From NCBI RefSeq assembly GCF_009914755.1, contig NC_060933.1: 64,000 bases of DNA; one strand, given 5' to 3'. Below, piece after piece: positions 59,708 through 64,000 of this stretch. Numbering within the stretch: position 1 is the stretch's first letter; each line of letters starts with the position of its first letter. The notes under the pieces are model-generated. The model ran no database searches. It saw only the letters and a list, made by a program, of their open reading frames with translations, and had not been told where the DNA came from. Made by a program: the position numbers and the translations under genes. This stretch comes from the human T2T-CHM13v2.0 reference genome, Homo sapiens.

Positions 59708-60083
59708 AGTCATGCACCCCATAAGGACATTTCTATCAATGATGGGCCACATATATAATGGTTGTCCCATAAGATTATAATGGAGCTAAAAATTTCCTAT
59801 CGCCTAGTGACATCATAACCATCAACTTGGCACAATGCATTATCTTTTCTATGTTTAGATACACAAATACTTACCATTACATTACAACTGCATACAGTAT
59901 TTGGTACAGTAACATGCTGTACAGGTTTGTAGCCTAGGAGCAATAGGCTACACCATATAGGTGCAGACCATGCCATGTAGGTTTGTGTAAATCTACTCTA
60001 TGATGTTTGCACAATGATGAAATCATCTAACAATGGGTTTCTCAGAATGTATCCCTGTCTGTAAGTGATATACGATCACACTG
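59708..60083 (+). mobile_element. Tigger3a-like DNA transposon
   Basis: agtcatgcaccccataaggac...cccataagattataatggagct...gtacaggtttgtagcctaggagcaataggc. Confidence 0.85.
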
Positions 60084-60420
60084 TAACAAATATTATACTA
60101 TTTCTCATATCTATGATTTTGTCCACTGTGTTTTCCTGGAATATGTAACGTTAAGAAATAAGAGCTCACACGCAGAAATTGAACTAACAAGTAGAAACTG
60201 TTCAATAGCAGGATAACATGCTCTGTCATATTTATGGAAGGGCAACTTATATTCCAATTTAATGAACTTTACTTTCTTTTATTACTTTCCTGCACTTATC
60301 TTATTTCTGCAAATTCTATCTGTGTAGCTCTATCCCTTTTATAGCTCCCTGAGAACACATATAGTGCAAGAATGACCGTGGAGGTGAATGAGGAGGAGTG
60401 CCTTATGTTCTGCAGTTAGA

Positions 60421-60460
60421 AGGCTACTTAAGGCTACTTAAGGCTACTTAAGGCTACTTA
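60421..60460. repeat. Perfect (AGGCTACTTA)x4 tandem repeat
   Basis: Directly visible. Confidence 0.97.
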
Positions 60461-60759
60461 AGAGTGCTGACAACAGTGAAAAAGTGACAACGAAGAGAAC
60501 AGCCACTCCTCCTCTGCTAGGACCTCCCTCAAAAACCTACTATTCCATCTACATTTGAGGTTGGAATCATTGCTCACTAACTGGCTTCCCCAGAACTCTG
60601 TCTCCTGTTATAAAGCCTTTATTTTCCAGACATGCAAAATAACTTCCTATTTCTGTTTGTGCCACTTTCTTTCATACCCTTCAGCTGCCTCATTTTTTCA
60701 TATACTTGACCATGGGTTTCATATACTTGACTACCCCTAAAATGGGTAGCTTTAAACTC

Positions 60760-61050
60760 TTTCTGCTGCCTAAAAATACTTATTCTTCTAGACCCAGATT
60801 AAATGGCATCTCTTCTATATGATATTTCCTAATATCTCTGGAAGATGTGATCACTCCTTTCATACTTTCACAGAACTGTAACTATAATACTATAATTACT
60901 TATTGGTTTAAAGGTTTGTTTCTTCCACTTAGATGCAAGGTCTTGAGAGCAGAGGTGCTATCTTACTAATTTATCTATCTTCAAGGTAAATACAGCAGCT
61001 GGAATATAGAAGGTACTTAAAAAATGTGCATGGGATGAGTGAATGAATGA
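60760..61050. mobile_element. L2 3' fragment
   Basis: ttagatgcaaggtcttgagagcagagg...ggatgagtgaatgaatga. Confidence 0.7.
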
Positions 61051-61399
61051 CTGCAGTGCATTTCTACCCCACCTTTCTGAATTCCCTCTGAGCCAAAAGG
61101 TGGTGTTTACCTTTATTAAGACCTGTAGTCCTCTATTACCCACTCTAGATTAAAAAGTAGAATAAATCTTGAGAGAATTAAGTTCTCTTTATTACTGGGG
61201 CCCAGCATTGTCTGTGGCTGTTTAATTTGTCAATACTTACGAAACTAATTAGCATTTTCATTCTGCATGAAAAGATCAATATAATTATAAAAATAATTTA
61301 TGAAGCACTCTGTTACATTTTATAACTTCTACATTGCCTTGCATCAGCCTCCAACTTTAGTCATCCTCTTATTATTGATTATTGCATTTCCCAAACCTT

Positions 61400-61836
61400 A
61401 CATGTTGCTGGGCAGTGACAGTTTAGCTGTTCACCAAGCCGATGTCTTCTCCTCTTAGACATGCAGGTAGGCTATGATTCCCTGTCTCTGTTGCTCTGTC
61501 AGGTGAGTTCTACCCAGTGGAAAATGAGTAAAATTATGGTACCCCACTCCTCAGCCTGGCCTTCAAAAATGCCTACTTGTGCTCCTTATATCTTTTTCCC
61601 TTCTACCAGATTATAAAGCTAATCAGGGTGATCCTAGAAGACACATATTGAAAATAGCAAGCCCTCAGATGGAAGGAGCACTGTTCTTTGAATCTCTACT
61701 TAAATGAGAGCTGTCCATGCACCCCATATGTTTTTTTTTAACTTTAAATGACAAAGAACTGTAATTCTATTGTGTTTGAGCTATTATACACCTTGAGGTT
61801 TATTTGTTACAGAATCTAGTATTATATTAACTAACA
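61400..61836 (+). mobile_element. Old MLT1 (I/J-like) LTR
   Basis: agatggaaggagcactgttctttgaat...ttctattgtgtttgagc...ggtttatttgttacag. Confidence 0.65.
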
Positions 61837-64000
61837 CATTTGTTTTACTTTGGTTCATGTCAAGATAATAAGACTACAGTGGCTAATAAAAATCAGTTAT
61901 AACAAACATTAAAACTTTGTATGTGCATATGTGTGAGAAATAGAAATGGAGAAGGTAGCTTTGTGAAACTCCAACTAGTGACTCCCATAACTATGAAGGA
62001 TTGCTGACAGGACTTTCATTACTGCAAATTGCCCCTATTTAATAGGCAGCTCTTATGCAGCCTGTGCTCCTGCTGTTTGCAAAACTTACTTTGAATATAC
62101 AACACCAATTACAGAGACTAAACACATCAAGATTTTGAAGAGTCTAGAGAGTTATGCAATTAATTTTATTTATGTACTTTCTGCTTTAAATGCCCCTGAA
62201 AAGAGAAAATTGACTAGTGTATCTTAAAAGGAACACTCATATTTATGTCTTTGCCCCAATCACACTCTTTCTCTCCACAAAAAAAAAAATAAAAGAGAAA
62301 GGGAAGAAGGGAGGAAAGGAGGAAGAAAGAAATGAAGGAAGGAAGGAATTCAGCTGAAATAAAATAAGCAGATACAGTACTGGAGTTTTCAGCAAGGGCA
62401 ATAAATGGTAAAATTCTCTTGAAAGTTCTGTAGTCATTTATTAGCTATGGAAAGCTACAGAAAAACTTAGAGACTCTGACCAGTGCCAGAGAAGGCTGAG
62501 AGGCCTGACACTTCTCTTGAATTCTAGGACAGCAAAGCATTTATTAGTATCTAGATATGCATATTTAATTATGCTGCAATAATAATTTTACTGTCATTCC
62601 TCAAAGCTGAGAAGAAACAAACGATACCCTATTCCTTTTTCAATGATCCTGTGAAACAGCTTGGGGCAGCATATAATGATAGTACCACAAGTGTCTCCTT
62701 GGCATTTACATGCTAATGATACTGTCCAATTAAATTATATAATATTGTGTGATAAGCCCCTTTTGCAACTAGGCAAAAATGTATACATATTATAGTACAA
62801 TTGTTTTCACTTCTCAAGAGAGATCTGTAAATCTTGAGACTTTGCCTTTTACATTAGAATAAATCCTCCACTCACTTATTCATGCATTTAATGCATATGT
62901 TTTCAGAGCTATTATATGCATTGAATGACTATTTTTACACTCCCATACCTTTTTAAAGTTGACATCAAAAACAAATTTTTGTGTGTATAATTTTAAAGAA
63001 TATAATTTTGGGGTTACTATATATTTTATTTATGCTTTAAGTACATGTTCCTTAAAACCTTTGGTATACAGATATTTTAATCTTTCATCTTATCAGAGGA
63101 AATCCAAAAGAAGATGAGGATGGATGGAGAAAAGCTTGATCAAGTGATGAACAACAGGAAGATAAAGACAGTAGCATTGTTATAAGTTTAACACCTGAAA
63201 GAAATAAGGTACTCCCCCTTTATTTCTTCCTTAAGCTCCTTTGTTTTGCTCTCTTGGGACTGTCCCTATAGAAGCTTCATTTTGTTCCTGACTCTTCCCT
63301 TTTTTAAACCTCACCAACGTTTTTATCCCCCAGGACGGCATACCCTGGGAAGTAAGGACAAGAATGAGAACCATGTCTTTGTATTGTAAAGTGAAAGAGG
63401 AGCTATTGTGAAAGGAAAAGTAGAAAAGCAGAATTGGCAGACCATAATTGGAATATCATTTGGACTCTTTTAGGAAAGACTGTACAGGAAACCTCAAAAT
63501 TTGGAAGTTGTTTCCTTGAAAACTTAATTTGTATATCATCTCCAGCACCAAGTTATAAAGCTATATAAAACTATAACTTGGTGGTAGAGATGATATATAG
63601 CTGAGAAGCAAGTGCTCAGAAGTGAGGAGAGTAAGTGATGGGGGTGCCAGGTGGGTGTACCAATATGTAAATGGCATTCAATTATAGAAATCACCAAAAA
63701 CCAAATAACTGAATCCAGAATGGCTGACTGCATGGGCCATGACATCAGAAGTACCTGGGTGTGAATCTCTGTCCCTTCTTTGCCACTAACTAGCTGTGAC
63801 ATTTCAGAAAATCTGTTTTCTCTGTCTGAGTCTGTCTCCTTATCTTTTCAATTTCAGCTGAAGTACGATGCCCAGGAAACATTTTCTAATCTTTGCCATT
63901 TCTCTCCTTCCAGTGAAACTGAGCAATTTTCTTATTTGCTCCTTGTTCTTAGAATGAAGTTTTATGCTATTACTGTATACTTAAAAGTTTTTTTGGGAGG

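Overview
Primate (human or human-like) AT-rich intronic/intergenic DNA dominated by transposable elements. I found no supportable intact protein-coding gene, rRNA, tRNA or CRISPR array. The ORFs I could assign come from L1, Alu, LTR or microsatellite sequence; the remaining short ORFs show no recognisable product. Main content: an L1PA ORF2 (RT) fragment that looks like the inverted arm of a twin-primed insertion; a HERV-K(HML-2) LTR5B-like solo LTR nested in an AluS; a near full-length ~7.5 kb L1MA whose 5'UTR carries a ~27-bp degenerate tandem array; about ten Alus/FLAM; LTRs (MER65 x2, MER4D, MSTA, THE1A, MLT1s, MER77-like); DNA transposon fossils (MER8, MER5A, Tigger2/3, a hAT transposase remnant); and L2/MIR/L3 remnants. 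The most notable unexplained items are a ~325-bp GC-rich mRNA-3'UTR-like retrocopy inside a (TA)n microsatellite, a probable 23-nt L1 3' transduction, a perfect 24-bp direct repeat 472 bp apart in unique DNA, and a splice-site-flanked exon-like segment with one in-frame stop near the right end. I do not see convincing evidence of a novel biological system. Repeat subfamily names are from memory of consensus sequences, not a RepeatMasker run.
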